NCBI GenBank assembly: GCA_041747555.1
Contig: JBGTEY010000013.1
Span: 208,814-272,813, forward strand
Source of the DNA: Patescibacteria group bacterium
Lineage (GTDB): Bacteria > Patescibacteriota > Microgenomatia > UBA1400 > PJMF01
Direction: 5' to 3'
DNA: 64,000 nucleotides
The notes under the pieces were generated by a model. The model worked only from the letters and a program-made list of their open reading frames with translations, had not been told where the DNA came from and searched no databases. Below are positions 11,734 through 21,638 of the stretch, piece after piece (the first letter of the stretch is position 1; each line of letters starts with the position of its first letter). The translations under genes were made by a program, and so were the position numbers.

Positions 11734-13827
11734 ATGTCAAGAATCGACGAAACAATTCAAGCAAAAAAAGAAAAAAGAGCGCAGCTCGAGCGCGCGGGCA
11801 TTGATGCCCATCCGCATTCGTTTGATAAACAAATTAAAATTGTGGATGTTAAAAACCACCACGACACCGTTGTTCAGACTGCTGGTAGAATTATCAGACT
11901 CAGAACACACGGTAAAGTTCAATTCTTCGACCTGGTAGACGATAGTGATCGTGTGCAAATTATGGTCCGTGAGGAAGAGGTTGGGTCAGAAACATGGGAA
12001 TGGCTATCATTTGTAGACCGAGGTGATTTCATTGGTGTATCAGGCACTGTCATGACCACCAAAACTGGCCAGCTAACAATTCTAGCATCCACAATTACAT
12101 TCTTGGGTAAAGCACTCCGCCCACTTCCCACAGAGTTCAACGCCGCAGAAGACAAAGAAGTTCGATTTCGCAAACGTTATGTAGATATGCTCATCAACGA
12201 AAACACCAAACGCGTTCTCGATGCCCGCTGGCTAATCACCAAAGAAATTCGAAGGTTTTTGCAGGATGAACATAATTTTACTGAAGTCGAAACGCCAATT
12301 CTGCAACCGCTCTATGGTGGTACCAACGCCACTCCCTTTACTACTCACATGGCAGCTCTTGATACAAACTATTACCTCAGAATCGCCCCAGAACTCTATC
12401 TCAAAAGATTAATTGTAGGTGGATACGACAAGGTTTTTGAAATTGCCAGAAATTTCAGAAATGAAGGCATTGACCAAACTCACCAACCAGAATTTACCAT
12501 GATCGAATGGTATGAAGCGTACGCAGACTATCATCGAATGATGGACGTCACTGAAGGTCTCTACAAACATTTGGCACAAAAATTGCACGGCCATACCAAA
12601 ATTAACATCGGTGACAAGACCGTCGATCTCGGTGGGTCATGGCCAAGAATTCCAATGGACGAAGCGCTTAACACATACGCCAAAATCAATGTTGCAAAAA
12701 TCTCAGACGATGAACTGCGAGCACTCCTCACCAAGCATGAAGTCAATCTCAAAAGTTCATTCACTCGAGGAAAAGCTATTTTTGAATTATTTGATGCACT
12801 CGTCACTCCACACCTCATCGAACCAACATGGATTATCAATTATCCGCGCGACATTAGCCCACTTGCCAAACACCACCGAGATGATGCAGCATTAGCAGAA
12901 CGATTCGAAGGCTACGTCGGTGGCAAAGAAATCGCCGACGGCTGGAGCGAGATTACCGATCCAATTGATCAACGACGGATTTTTGATGTTGAACAATCAA
13001 ATATGAGATCGGGTGATGACGAGGCACATCCTCTTGATGAAGATTTTCTCGAAGCTATGGAGTATGGCATGCCACCACTTGGTGGAATTGGGATTGGAAT
13101 TGATCGATTAGTGATGTTTTTAACAAATACCTGGAGTATTAAAGAAGTAATTGCGTTCCCAACACTCAAGCCATTACCAACTCAGCAAGGTGCTCCTGCA
13201 CCAGAAACTTCAAAAGCAGTTTCTGGTGGCAAATCAGCCAAAATAGAGGAGGGCGCAAAAGATGACAACCTCCACGCTGAGCTCGGCACAAAAGACGACA
13301 CACCACTACCTCCTAGAGAAGATGCAGAAAAGTTGCTCAATAAATATATTGAAAACGACAATCTTCGCCACCATTGTAAAATGGTTGCTCAAGCACTCGA
13401 AGCATACGCCAAGGAACTCGGCGCAGATGCAGAACTCTGGTACCAAACGGGATTACTACACGATCTTGACTGGGAACAGTACCCAGATGAGCACCCAAAT
13501 AAAGCCATTAAAGATATTTTAACTGAATATCCAGCCTCAATGCTCCAAGCAATCGCCGCACACGCCCCAGAGAGAACAGGGGTCAAACCAAGCGCCACCC
13601 TAGACCGATATCTCTACGCTTGTGACGAGTTGTCCGGCTTCTTGCACGCCTACTCGCTGATGAGACCCGAAGGATTTGCCGGCATGAAATTTAAATCAGT
13701 TAATAAAAAACTAAAGGATAAAGCTTTTGCTGCAAACGTAAATCGAGATGATATCAGAGAAGGTTTTGCGCTGATTGGCAAAGAGCCGAATGAGCATGTG
13801 GAGTTTTTGATTGGGGTGTTTGAGTAA
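11734..13827 (+). CDS. lysS: Lysine--tRNA ligase (class II) with C-terminal HD-superfamily hydrolase domain
   Basis: OB fold, YLRIAPELYLKRL, NFRNEG, YGMPPLGGIGIGIDRL; after a linker, H...GLLHDLD...AH...ACDEL. ATG 11734 preferred over GTG 11719. Confidence 0.95.
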   Translation: MSRIDETIQAKKEKRAQLERAGIDAHPHSFDKQIKIVDVKNHHDTVVQTAGRIIRLRTHGKVQFFDLVDDSDRVQIMVREEEVGSETWEWLSFVDRGDFIGVSGTVMTTKTGQLTILASTITFLGKALRPLPTEFNAAEDKEVRFRKRYVDMLINENTKRVLDARWLITKEIRRFLQDEHNFTEVETPILQPLYGGTNATPFTTHMAALDTNYYLRIAPELYLKRLIVGGYDKVFEIARNFRNEGIDQTHQPEFTMIEWYEAYADYHRMMDVTEGLYKHLAQKLHGHTKINIGDKTVDLGGSWPRIPMDEALNTYAKINVAKISDDELRALLTKHEVNLKSSFTRGKAIFELFDALVTPHLIEPTWIINYPRDISPLAKHHRDDAALAERFEGYVGGKEIADGWSEITDPIDQRRIFDVEQSNMRSGDDEAHPLDEDFLEAMEYGMPPLGGIGIGIDRLVMFLTNTWSIKEVIAFPTLKPLPTQQGAPAPETSKAVSGGKSAKIEEGAKDDNLHAELGTKDDTPLPPREDAEKLLNKYIENDNLRHHCKMVAQALEAYAKELGADAELWYQTGLLHDLDWEQYPDEHPNKAIKDILTEYPASMLQAIAAHAPERTGVKPSATLDRYLYACDELSGFLHAYSLMRPEGFAGMKFKSVNKKLKDKAFAANVNRDDIREGFALIGKEPNEHVEFLIGVFE

Positions 13828-13877
13828 GTGAGTACATGTTAGAGTAAGACAGTAGTAAGTGTTCAGGAATTCACCAT

Positions 13878-14213
13878 ATGCAAGAAACGATCGTTGAGAC
13901 AAGCGAACAGGAGGCAAGTGCAGGTAAATTAGCAGTTGCACAAGAATCTGAAGAGTCTGTACGCAGTAAGGATGAAAAATTGACGTATGCAAATAATGCA
14001 ATTACTACAATTACGCAACGAATCACCCATATTTCGACAGTACATAATGTAGATAATTATCCCGATATTGATGATGAAATTTCAACCTGGGAACTGCAGC
14101 TCGCTGAATTCATAGCTGCGCATCCTACAGAAAGTTTGACTGCGAACAATTTCGCCACCAAACTATCAGAGCTTAAAGTTGCAGTTTCACAAAATCGCCC
14201 TCAGTCATCATAG
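13878..14213 (+). CDS. Hypothetical protein
   Basis: 111-aa ATG ORF with AGGA upstream, filling the lysS-serS gap; no recognised motif. Confidence 0.6.
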   Translation: MQETIVETSEQEASAGKLAVAQESEESVRSKDEKLTYANNAITTITQRITHISTVHNVDNYPDIDDEISTWELQLAEFIAAHPTESLTANNFATKLSELKVAVSQNRPQSS

Positions 14214-14240
14214 ATCTCTTCGGCATGCTATACTATCTAC

Positions 14241-14460
14241 AAGCTAACAACAGCACTCGAGATAGCTAGCACCTATCAAAGATCGCGCCTCTGCAACTCG
14301 CAGAAAAGTATCTGTGCTACTTGGAGTCAAAAACCAAGTCGGGTAAGCCCGTAATCGCTGGAACGAAGCCCTGATCTTTCAGGAAAAGAGGTGGTACCGC
14401 TCACATTTGTAGAGCCCTCTTGAGTACGTCAATCTTTTGGCGAATTCAAGAGGGTTTTTC
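14241..14460 (+). promoter_or_regulatory. T-box riboswitch (Ser) leader of serS
   Basis: Extended -10 TGCTATACT 14226-14234; T-box AGAGGTGGTACCGC 14387-14400; antiterminator AAGAGG-UGGUACC-GCUC...GAGC-CCUCUU; Stem II ACTTGG/CCAAGT; CGGG/CCCG stem IIA; Stem III CCTGA/TCAGG; overlapping terminator. Confidence 0.9.
14415..14459 (+). terminator. Intrinsic terminator of the T-box leader
   Basis: CCCTCTTGA...TCAAGAGGG followed by TTTTT; its 5' arm is shared with the antiterminator. Confidence 0.85.
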
Positions 14461-14523
14461 ACGTGGAACTTTTTTGAGTACATTTTGACGTCTAGTATTT
14501 TTATAAACATTTCACGTGGAAAC
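14455..14523. repeat. Paired parS-like boxes, copy 1 of a dispersed ~62-bp element
   Basis: TTTTTCACGTGGAACT (14455-14470) and CATTTCACGTGGAAAC (14508-14523); the spacer resembles that of 42603-42664. Confidence 0.55.
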
Positions 14524-14535
14524 AAAAAGGAACAT

Positions 14536-15813
14536 ATGTTAGATATACAATTTATTCGTGAAAATGCAGAAGACGTACGAACCGCATGTAAAAACAAGCA
14601 ACTTGACCCAAAGGTTGTAGACGACCTTTTAGCGGTTGATAAGAAACGTCGAGAAGTTCAGGTCATGGTCGACGCCATCAGACAACGAAGCAATGAGCAC
14701 AACGTGACGGTAAAAAAGTCAGTCAGTGACGGTAAAAAGCCAACTGCTGAACAAATTGAATCCGGTAAAAATCTCAAAGAAGAACTCCGAGCTATTGAAC
14801 CAGAATTAAAAATTCTAGAAGAAGAGTATCAAAAACTGCTACTTGAGGTTCCAAACGTTCCCGCTGACAGCGTGCCAATTGGTGCCGATGAGTCTGGCAA
14901 CAAGATCATTAAAACAAATGGTACTCCTCAAACATTCGACTTCGAGCCACTCCCTCATGACACACTTATGGAAAAACTAGATCTGCTCGATGCTGCACGA
15001 GCTGTGAGAATTGGCGGGTTCCGTTCGTATTTCCTCAAACATGAGGCCGTCCTCCTGGAACAAGCAATTCTTCAGTATGCCATGCAAAAAATGGTCAAAA
15101 ATGGCTTCACCCCTATGACAGCGCCGATTTTAATTAATGATGAAGCAATGTGGGGAACTGGCTACTTCCCATGGGGAAAAGAGGATCATTACCGAACACA
15201 AGACAATCAAAGCTTGGCGGGCACTTCAGAAGTCGCCCTAACTGCTTACCACATGGGTGAAACGCTCACAGAAGCCGATCTACCAATCAAAATGGCAGGT
15301 ATTTCACCGTGTTTTAGAAGAGAAGTTGGGTCGTACGGCAAAGATACCAAAGGCGTCATTAGGGTGCATCAATTTATGAAAGTTGAGCAAGTCGTCTACA
15401 CCGTTGCCGATGAGGCAGAAACCCAAGCCTGGCATGAAAAAATGCTTGGTCTTGCAGAAGAACTGTTGCAAGATCTTGAGCTACCATACCAAGTCCTCCT
15501 GATGTGCACAGGAGACATGGGTGCGGGTCAACGAAAGAAATACGACGTGGAAACATGGTTTCCGTCTCAGAACGCGTATCGTGAAACACACTCGGCAAGT
15601 TATTTTAATGACTTCCAGTCGAGAAGACTCGGCATTAAGTACAAAGCTAAGGATGGCACGCTCAAACATGTTTTCACGCTTAATAACACCATGGCAGCTA
15701 CACCACGCCTGCTAGCCGCAGTTATAGAAAATTATCAAACCAAAGAGGGTGGTATTGCTGTACCCAAGGTTTTGCAGCCGCTCATGGGCATGCAGCATAT
15801 ATCGAGAGAATAG
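14536..15813 (+). CDS. serS: Serine--tRNA ligase
   Basis: MLDIQFIREN start with SD AAGGA; LAGTSEV, CFRREVGSYGKDTKGVIRVHQFMKVEQ, TLNNT. ORF-track start 14437 lies within the terminator. Confidence 0.97.
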   Translation: MLDIQFIRENAEDVRTACKNKQLDPKVVDDLLAVDKKRREVQVMVDAIRQRSNEHNVTVKKSVSDGKKPTAEQIESGKNLKEELRAIEPELKILEEEYQKLLLEVPNVPADSVPIGADESGNKIIKTNGTPQTFDFEPLPHDTLMEKLDLLDAARAVRIGGFRSYFLKHEAVLLEQAILQYAMQKMVKNGFTPMTAPILINDEAMWGTGYFPWGKEDHYRTQDNQSLAGTSEVALTAYHMGETLTEADLPIKMAGISPCFRREVGSYGKDTKGVIRVHQFMKVEQVVYTVADEAETQAWHEKMLGLAEELLQDLELPYQVLLMCTGDMGAGQRKKYDVETWFPSQNAYRETHSASYFNDFQSRRLGIKYKAKDGTLKHVFTLNNTMAATPRLLAAVIENYQTKEGGIAVPKVLQPLMGMQHISRE

Positions 15814-15875
15814 ACGAAATCAGTAGTAATTTTTCGCTTTGCTAAAATAATCAAACTGGCTTACAATGTGCACTC

Positions 15876-18854
15876 ATGCTAAAGTTCATCACCGACCTCT
15901 TTGACGAAAATAAGAAGATGCTCAATCGCTATCAAAAGATAGTTGATGAGATTAATGAGCTCGAGCCAACGCTCCGCGACTTGACTGACACACAGCTCGC
16001 AGCGCAGACCAAAAAATTCAAAGAGATAATCGAGAAACAACAAAATAAAGGCGTCTCTGACGCCGATATTCTCAATCAACTTTTACCAGAAGCATTCGCT
16101 ACTGTTCGCGAAACCTCTCGTCGCGTGATTGGCATGCGGCATTTTGACACGCAGATTTTGGCAGGTATTTCACTTCACCACGGCGTTATTACTGAGCAAA
16201 AAACTGGAGAAGGAAAAACCCTCACCGTTACGCTCCCACTCTATCTCAATGCACTTCTCGGAAAAGGTGTGCACTTGGTTACCGTCAACGACTACCTGGC
16301 AGAATTAGGTATTGGTTGGATGGGTCCGATTTATACGTTCTTGGGGTTAACAAGCTCTGTGATCGTCCACGATGTGTCCTACAAATATAATCCTGACATC
16401 GACAGCGAAGACCGCGGTGACGAACGCCTCGAGCATTTTGAAAAAATTTCTCGTCGTGAGGCGTATCACACTGATATCACGTATGGTACTAACAATGAAT
16501 TTGGGTTTGATTACTTGAGAGACAACATGGTTCGGTCGGCTACCCAGATGGTGCAGCGATTGAAACACGGGCATCACTTTGCAATTGTTGACGAAGCTGA
16601 CTCTATTTTAATTGATGAGGCACGCACGCCGCTTATTATCTCAATGCCCGATGCCGAGCCGACCAAGCAATATTACGACTACGCCAAGATGGTGACCAGT
16701 CTTTCTAAAGACGTTGACTACACTGTGGATGAGAAGGCTCGTGCAGTATCATTGACCGATCTAGGTGTAAAAAGAGTAGAGCAAAAGCTTGGAGTTAAAA
16801 ATCTTTACGAAGAAGACTACGACACCATCCACCATATAGAAGCAGCGCTCAAAGCAAAAACTATTTTCACTCGTGATAAAGATTATATTGTACGCGAGGG
16901 TGAAGTCGTGATCGTTGATGAGCACACGGGTCGCCTGATGTACGGCAGACGATACTCAAATGGCTTACATCAAGCGATCGAAGCCAAAGAAAATGTAGAT
17001 ATTCAACAAGAATCAAGAACACTTGCCACAATTTCTATACAAAATTACTTCAGACTCTACAAAAAACTCAGTGGTATGACCGGTACCGCCGCCACCGAAG
17101 CAGAAGAATTTTCAAAAATTTACAACATTCCGGTGCTTATCATTCCCACTAATAAACCTGTGGTTAGAAATGACAAGGCAGACGTTGTTTACAAAACTGC
17201 CGCCGCCAAATACAGTGCTATCGCCAGAATGGTCGAAGATATTCATGAATCTGGCAGGCCAATCCTCATTGGAACACGATCAATTGAAATCAACCAAGTA
17301 ATTTCAAATTTCCTCAAGAGAAAAGGTGTGCCACACCAAGTTCTCAACGCCAAAAACCACGAAAAAGAAGCCTTTATCATTGCCGATGCAGGTAAAAAAG
17401 GTGCAATCACCGTTGCAACCAATATTGCGGGACGTGGAGTCGACATCGTCCTCGGTGGTTCTAAACCAGAACTCAAAGACTATCTCAAAGCCAAAAGAAG
17501 CAAAGAAAAACCAACGCCAACCGAACGAAAAGCAATTCAAGAAAAATACGGCATCCAACTACCACCGCTCGTCAATCCAAATAACTACAAACTATCTGAA
17601 TACGCCAAGGCATTGGATGATTGGAAAGAAGCCCACGATGAAGTAATTTCAGCTGGTGGACTCCTCATCATCGGCACCGAGCGCCATGAATCTCGTCGTA
17701 TTGATAACCAGCTCCGTGGTCGTGCTGGACGTCAGGGAGACCCCGGTAGTTCACAATTCTTCGTTTCACTCGAAGATGAAATCATGCGAATTTTTGGTGG
17801 CGAGCAAATTTCGAAAATCATGGATGTACTCAAGATCGAAGAAGATCAACCGATTGAGCACGGAATGGTTAGCAAAGCACTTGAATCTGCTCAGGTCAAA
17901 GTTGAGGGCTTCTTCTTTGATCAAAGAAAACGACTTGTCGAATTTGATGACGTTATGAACAAGCAACGCGAAATTATTTACGCGCGTCGCTTACGACTGC
18001 TTCTCCAGGCAGAAGCCGGTCAAGATGGTGACCCAGAAATCGCAGCAGCTGCAGAAGATATCCTCGATGAATCGGACGAAACCCTCACCGAGCAAATTCT
18101 CGACTACATCAGAGATGAAATTGCCTCAATCGTCACGGTCAACACGCCCAAAAATTTCACAGAGGGCGAATACGCAGCACTCGTGAAGGAATTCAGTACG
18201 CTCATACCATTTGATCATGCATCACAAGATCAACTGATTAAAAACATTTCTGACAAAACCGACCCCACCGAACTCACAGACTTCCTCACCCAACTCGCAG
18301 AGGACACCTACGCCGCGAGAGAAGAAAAAATCGGTGAAAAATCGCTCCGTCAACTCGAGAGAATGGTCACACTTTCAACAATTGATGAGAAGTGGATGGA
18401 TCATCTTGACTCAATCGAGTCGCTCAGACAAGGTATTTGGCTGCGTGGTGATAAACGAACCGTGCTTTCTGAATACAAAAAAGAAGGTTTCGCCATGTTT
18501 GATAGCTTGATCGCGTCAATTGAATCAACGATTGCCAGCCGAATGTATCGAGCGCACGTCACCCAAACCAACACATCTGCACCAAACATGGACAAGGTAG
18601 TAGAGCAAGGACCTTCACTCCAAACAACCAGCATCGCAAGCGCAGTCAGACAAGAACAAGCACCAGCAGCACCTCAGTCGCAAAGCGGATCAGTGAGCGA
18701 CATGGCAGCTGCATTTGGTTCTGCCAAAGCACAATCAAAACCAAAACCCGGTGTTGCCAAGGCTAAAATTGGTCGCAACGACCCTTGTCCTTGTGGTAGC
18801 GGGCTCAAGTTCAAAAAATGCGGGCTCATAAACTCACCGAAGCACCGCAGCTAG
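15876..18854 (+). CDS. secA: Preprotein translocase ATPase SecA
   Basis: KTGEGKT, VTVNDYLA, VDEADSILIDEARTPLIIS, RRIDNQLRGRAGRQGDPG, C-terminal GRNDPCPCGSG. Confidence 0.98.
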   Translation: MLKFITDLFDENKKMLNRYQKIVDEINELEPTLRDLTDTQLAAQTKKFKEIIEKQQNKGVSDADILNQLLPEAFATVRETSRRVIGMRHFDTQILAGISLHHGVITEQKTGEGKTLTVTLPLYLNALLGKGVHLVTVNDYLAELGIGWMGPIYTFLGLTSSVIVHDVSYKYNPDIDSEDRGDERLEHFEKISRREAYHTDITYGTNNEFGFDYLRDNMVRSATQMVQRLKHGHHFAIVDEADSILIDEARTPLIISMPDAEPTKQYYDYAKMVTSLSKDVDYTVDEKARAVSLTDLGVKRVEQKLGVKNLYEEDYDTIHHIEAALKAKTIFTRDKDYIVREGEVVIVDEHTGRLMYGRRYSNGLHQAIEAKENVDIQQESRTLATISIQNYFRLYKKLSGMTGTAATEAEEFSKIYNIPVLIIPTNKPVVRNDKADVVYKTAAAKYSAIARMVEDIHESGRPILIGTRSIEINQVISNFLKRKGVPHQVLNAKNHEKEAFIIADAGKKGAITVATNIAGRGVDIVLGGSKPELKDYLKAKRSKEKPTPTERKAIQEKYGIQLPPLVNPNNYKLSEYAKALDDWKEAHDEVISAGGLLIIGTERHESRRIDNQLRGRAGRQGDPGSSQFFVSLEDEIMRIFGGEQISKIMDVLKIEEDQPIEHGMVSKALESAQVKVEGFFFDQRKRLVEFDDVMNKQREIIYARRLRLLLQAEAGQDGDPEIAAAAEDILDESDETLTEQILDYIRDEIASIVTVNTPKNFTEGEYAALVKEFSTLIPFDHASQDQLIKNISDKTDPTELTDFLTQLAEDTYAAREEKIGEKSLRQLERMVTLSTIDEKWMDHLDSIESLRQGIWLRGDKRTVLSEYKKEGFAMFDSLIASIESTIASRMYRAHVTQTNTSAPNMDKVVEQGPSLQTTSIASAVRQEQAPAAPQSQSGSVSDMAAAFGSAKAQSKPKPGVAKAKIGRNDPCPCGSGLKFKKCGLINSPKHRS

Positions 18855-18899
18855 GTTGCGCCATTCTCATCTCAATGTGTAATGTGATAGGCTACTACT

Positions 18900-19802
18900 A
18901 TGAAACTCATTTCTGGCTCATCTAACACCCCTTTTTCAGAAAAATTAGCATCAGCGCTTGATGTATCGATCGCGAATGTTGAGATATCCGCCTTCGCAAA
19001 TGGGGAAAAACGTGTTTGGGTTCAAGAATCCGTCCAGGGTGAAAATTGCGTATTGGTCCAGTCCTTTTACAAACATCCAGACGAATACATTATGGAATTT
19101 CTCCTGCTCGCGGACGCACTCGAAAGAATGGGTGCCCGACACGTGAACGCAGTCATTCCCTGGCTCGGGTACTCGCTCCAGGATAAGGTATTTCGAGAGG
19201 GTGAACCAATTGCAGCAAAAGTTGTAGCCCAGCTTGCGTCAAATGCATATATTAAGCGCGTATATCTTCTCGATGTCCACAACAGCAGCCTGCCTGGATT
19301 TTTTTCAATCCCAACGGTACACATCTCTGCTCTCGAACTATTTGCTACGTACATTAAAAAGACCTACGACACAGCAAACTGTATGGTCGCCAGTCCTGAT
19401 TTTGGTGGCATGAAGCGGGCGCGCGTCTTGGCAAACACGCTTGAATACGAACTCGTCAATATAGATAAACACCGCGACCTCAATACTGGTGAAGTAACAG
19501 CTATGGATCTCTCGGGAGACGACGTCACCGGCAAAACAATTGTCATTTTTGATGACTGCATTCTCTCTGGAGGCACCGTTCTTGAAGCCTCAAAATTACT
19601 CAAGAGCAGGGGAGCTGCTGAGGTACATTTCTTGGCAACACATGGTGTGTTTACTCCTGGTGCTATTGAAAAATTGGCAGAAAGCGACGACGTGAATAGT
19701 ATTGTTATCACCAACAGCATTCATCATCCAGATTTACCAGAAAAATTTACGGTGCTTGATGTTTCACCACTGTTTGCAGATAAAATTTCAGCATGGAAAT
19801 AA
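18900..19802 (+). CDS. prs: Ribose-phosphate pyrophosphokinase
   Basis: FANGE, PWLGYSLQDK, ASPDFGG, FDDCILSGGT PRPP loop. Confidence 0.95.
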   Translation: MKLISGSSNTPFSEKLASALDVSIANVEISAFANGEKRVWVQESVQGENCVLVQSFYKHPDEYIMEFLLLADALERMGARHVNAVIPWLGYSLQDKVFREGEPIAAKVVAQLASNAYIKRVYLLDVHNSSLPGFFSIPTVHISALELFATYIKKTYDTANCMVASPDFGGMKRARVLANTLEYELVNIDKHRDLNTGEVTAMDLSGDDVTGKTIVIFDDCILSGGTVLEASKLLKSRGAAEVHFLATHGVFTPGAIEKLAESDDVNSIVITNSIHHPDLPEKFTVLDVSPLFADKISAWK

Positions 19803-19830
19803 ACTCACTCGAGTCTGATACAATAACGCA

Positions 19831-21057
19831 ATGAGATTTTCAACACTCCCCATCCGATTACTTCCAGAAGCCCCCAAAGACGCAGATACCGTTAATCATC
19901 AGCTCCTCGTCCAAGCCGGGTTTGTCCGTCAATTAATGGCAGGCGTGTACACCTATCTGCCTTTTGGCCTGAAAGTACTAAATTCAATTCAACAGATTGT
20001 TCGAGAAGAAATGGATGGCATCGGTGGCCACGAAATTCACATGCCCGCGCTCCATCCTGCAGAACCCTGGAAAAAAACTGGTGGTTGGGATGCAGTGGAT
20101 GTCCTTTTCAAGCTCGAAAGTCGTACTGGAAAAGAGCATGCACTTGGCCAAAGTCATGAAGAAGTTGTAAGCCCTCTCATGGGGGAATTTATTCAAAGTT
20201 ACAAAGATTTGCCCGTTGCCGTGTATCAAATGCAATGGAAATTCAGAGATGAACTGCGCTCTAAATCAGGAATTTTGCGTGGACGTGAATTCTTGATGAA
20301 AGACATGTATAGTTTTCACGAGAGTCAGGCGGATTTTGATCGATTTTATGAAGACGTTAAGAATGCGTACTTGCGCGTTTTTGACCGATTGGGACTCGTT
20401 GCTAAAGTGACCGAAGCTTCGGGTGGCAATTTTACTGATAAAATTTCATATGAATTTATGGTTTTAACTGACGCTGGGGAAGACGATATTTTATACTGCC
20501 CAAACTGTGAGTTTTGCGTAAATACAGAAATTGCCAAGGTTGCAGAAGGTGACAAATGTCCAAAATGCAGCGATGCATCGCTTAAAATGGCACGAGCTGC
20601 AGAAGTTGGCAACGTCTTTGATTTAGGTAAAAAATTTACTGAGGTTTTTAATATCAACTTCTCAAATGCAAGTGGCGAACAAGCAAAACCAATAATGGGC
20701 TGCTATGGAATTGGCATTTCAAGAACCATGGGAGTGATTGTCGAACGTCATAATGACGACCGGGGCATTATCTGGCCAACATCGGTTGCACCATTTCAGG
20801 TGCATTTGATCACTATTGGAGTTGAAGAAGCAGTAGGCAAAGCAGCATATGAAACGCTACAAAAAGCCGGCATCTCAGTCCTTTGGGATGACCGCGACAA
20901 GAGCCCTGGCACAAAATTTGCGGAGGCAGATCTAATCGGATGTCCACACCGCCTGGTACTTTCTAAAAAAACCGCAGGTCAGGTTGAATGGAAAAAACGC
21001 ACTGAATCAGAACCATCTCTTGTATCGCTCGAAGACTGCATTCAAGAACTCACCTAA
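19831..21057 (+). CDS. proS: Proline--tRNA ligase (short form lacking INS editing domain)
   Basis: LLVQAGFVRQLMAGVY, KFRDELR...GILRGREFLMKDMYSFH, MGCYGIGISR, anticodon domain. Confidence 0.95.
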   Translation: MRFSTLPIRLLPEAPKDADTVNHQLLVQAGFVRQLMAGVYTYLPFGLKVLNSIQQIVREEMDGIGGHEIHMPALHPAEPWKKTGGWDAVDVLFKLESRTGKEHALGQSHEEVVSPLMGEFIQSYKDLPVAVYQMQWKFRDELRSKSGILRGREFLMKDMYSFHESQADFDRFYEDVKNAYLRVFDRLGLVAKVTEASGGNFTDKISYEFMVLTDAGEDDILYCPNCEFCVNTEIAKVAEGDKCPKCSDASLKMARAAEVGNVFDLGKKFTEVFNINFSNASGEQAKPIMGCYGIGISRTMGVIVERHNDDRGIIWPTSVAPFQVHLITIGVEEAVGKAAYETLQKAGISVLWDDRDKSPGTKFAEADLIGCPHRLVLSKKTAGQVEWKKRTESEPSLVSLEDCIQELT

Positions 21058-21069
21058 TTCATACACCTC

Positions 21070-21405
21070 ATGGGAACTACCTACAAACAACTCATCTTCA
21101 GTAATCACGCGCTCGAGCGGATGGGGGATCGGAGCATTTCGAAAGACTCAGTGTGGCAGACCGTTTCCCAACCTGACCGATCACATCCAGAAGAAAAACC
21201 AGAGACAGCCCGATTTATTAGAACAATTAACGATCGAACCTATCACGTTGTCGGTCGCTACCTTGCCACTGAACGAAAAACACTCATCATTTCTGTGTGG
21301 GTGAGGGGTGAAGACGATGCCATGCCAGTAGCGTGGTGGTTAATTACCGCGCCATTTAGAGCGATTTTTGCGGTGATCAGATGGCTTTTTTCTAAACAAA
21401 AATAA
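21070..21405 (+). CDS. DUF4258-like small protein with hydrophobic C-terminal tail
   Basis: FSNHALERMGDRSIS...PD pattern; IISVW near the end of the domain. Confidence 0.6.
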   Translation: MGTTYKQLIFSNHALERMGDRSISKDSVWQTVSQPDRSHPEEKPETARFIRTINDRTYHVVGRYLATERKTLIISVWVRGEDDAMPVAWWLITAPFRAIFAVIRWLFSKQK

Positions 21406-21573
21406 AGCAGTTTGCAAAATTGGTCCACTTTTTACGCATCAAGTATGCAGATATGTGACTTATAGTATATTTTTTATTCTGCCTTAAAATCTATTATAGA
21501 CCTGCCAATCAACACATTTTATTTATGGTATTTTGGGCGTTCCACAGTATAGTACCAGTAACCCGGTGAGGAC

Positions 21574-21616
21574 GCCCACCGCCCACATTGACTTGTGGCG
21601 GTGGGTATTTCTTTTT
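21574..21616 (+). terminator. Strong GC-rich hairpin with T-rich tail
   Basis: GCCCACCGCCCACA-TTGACT-TGTGGCGGTGGGT followed by ATTTCTTTTT. Confidence 0.7.
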
Positions 21617-21638
21617 ATACACATGTTATACTGCCTCC

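Noticed and set aside
14437-14535. 33-aa N-terminal extension of SerRS in the ORF track
   Set aside because: It runs through the T-box terminator and parS-like boxes; MLDI with an SD at 14536 is the canonical start.
21070-21405. Toxin-antitoxin module around the DUF4258-like gene
   Set aside because: No adjacent antitoxin-like ORF; the gene follows proS as if co-transcribed.
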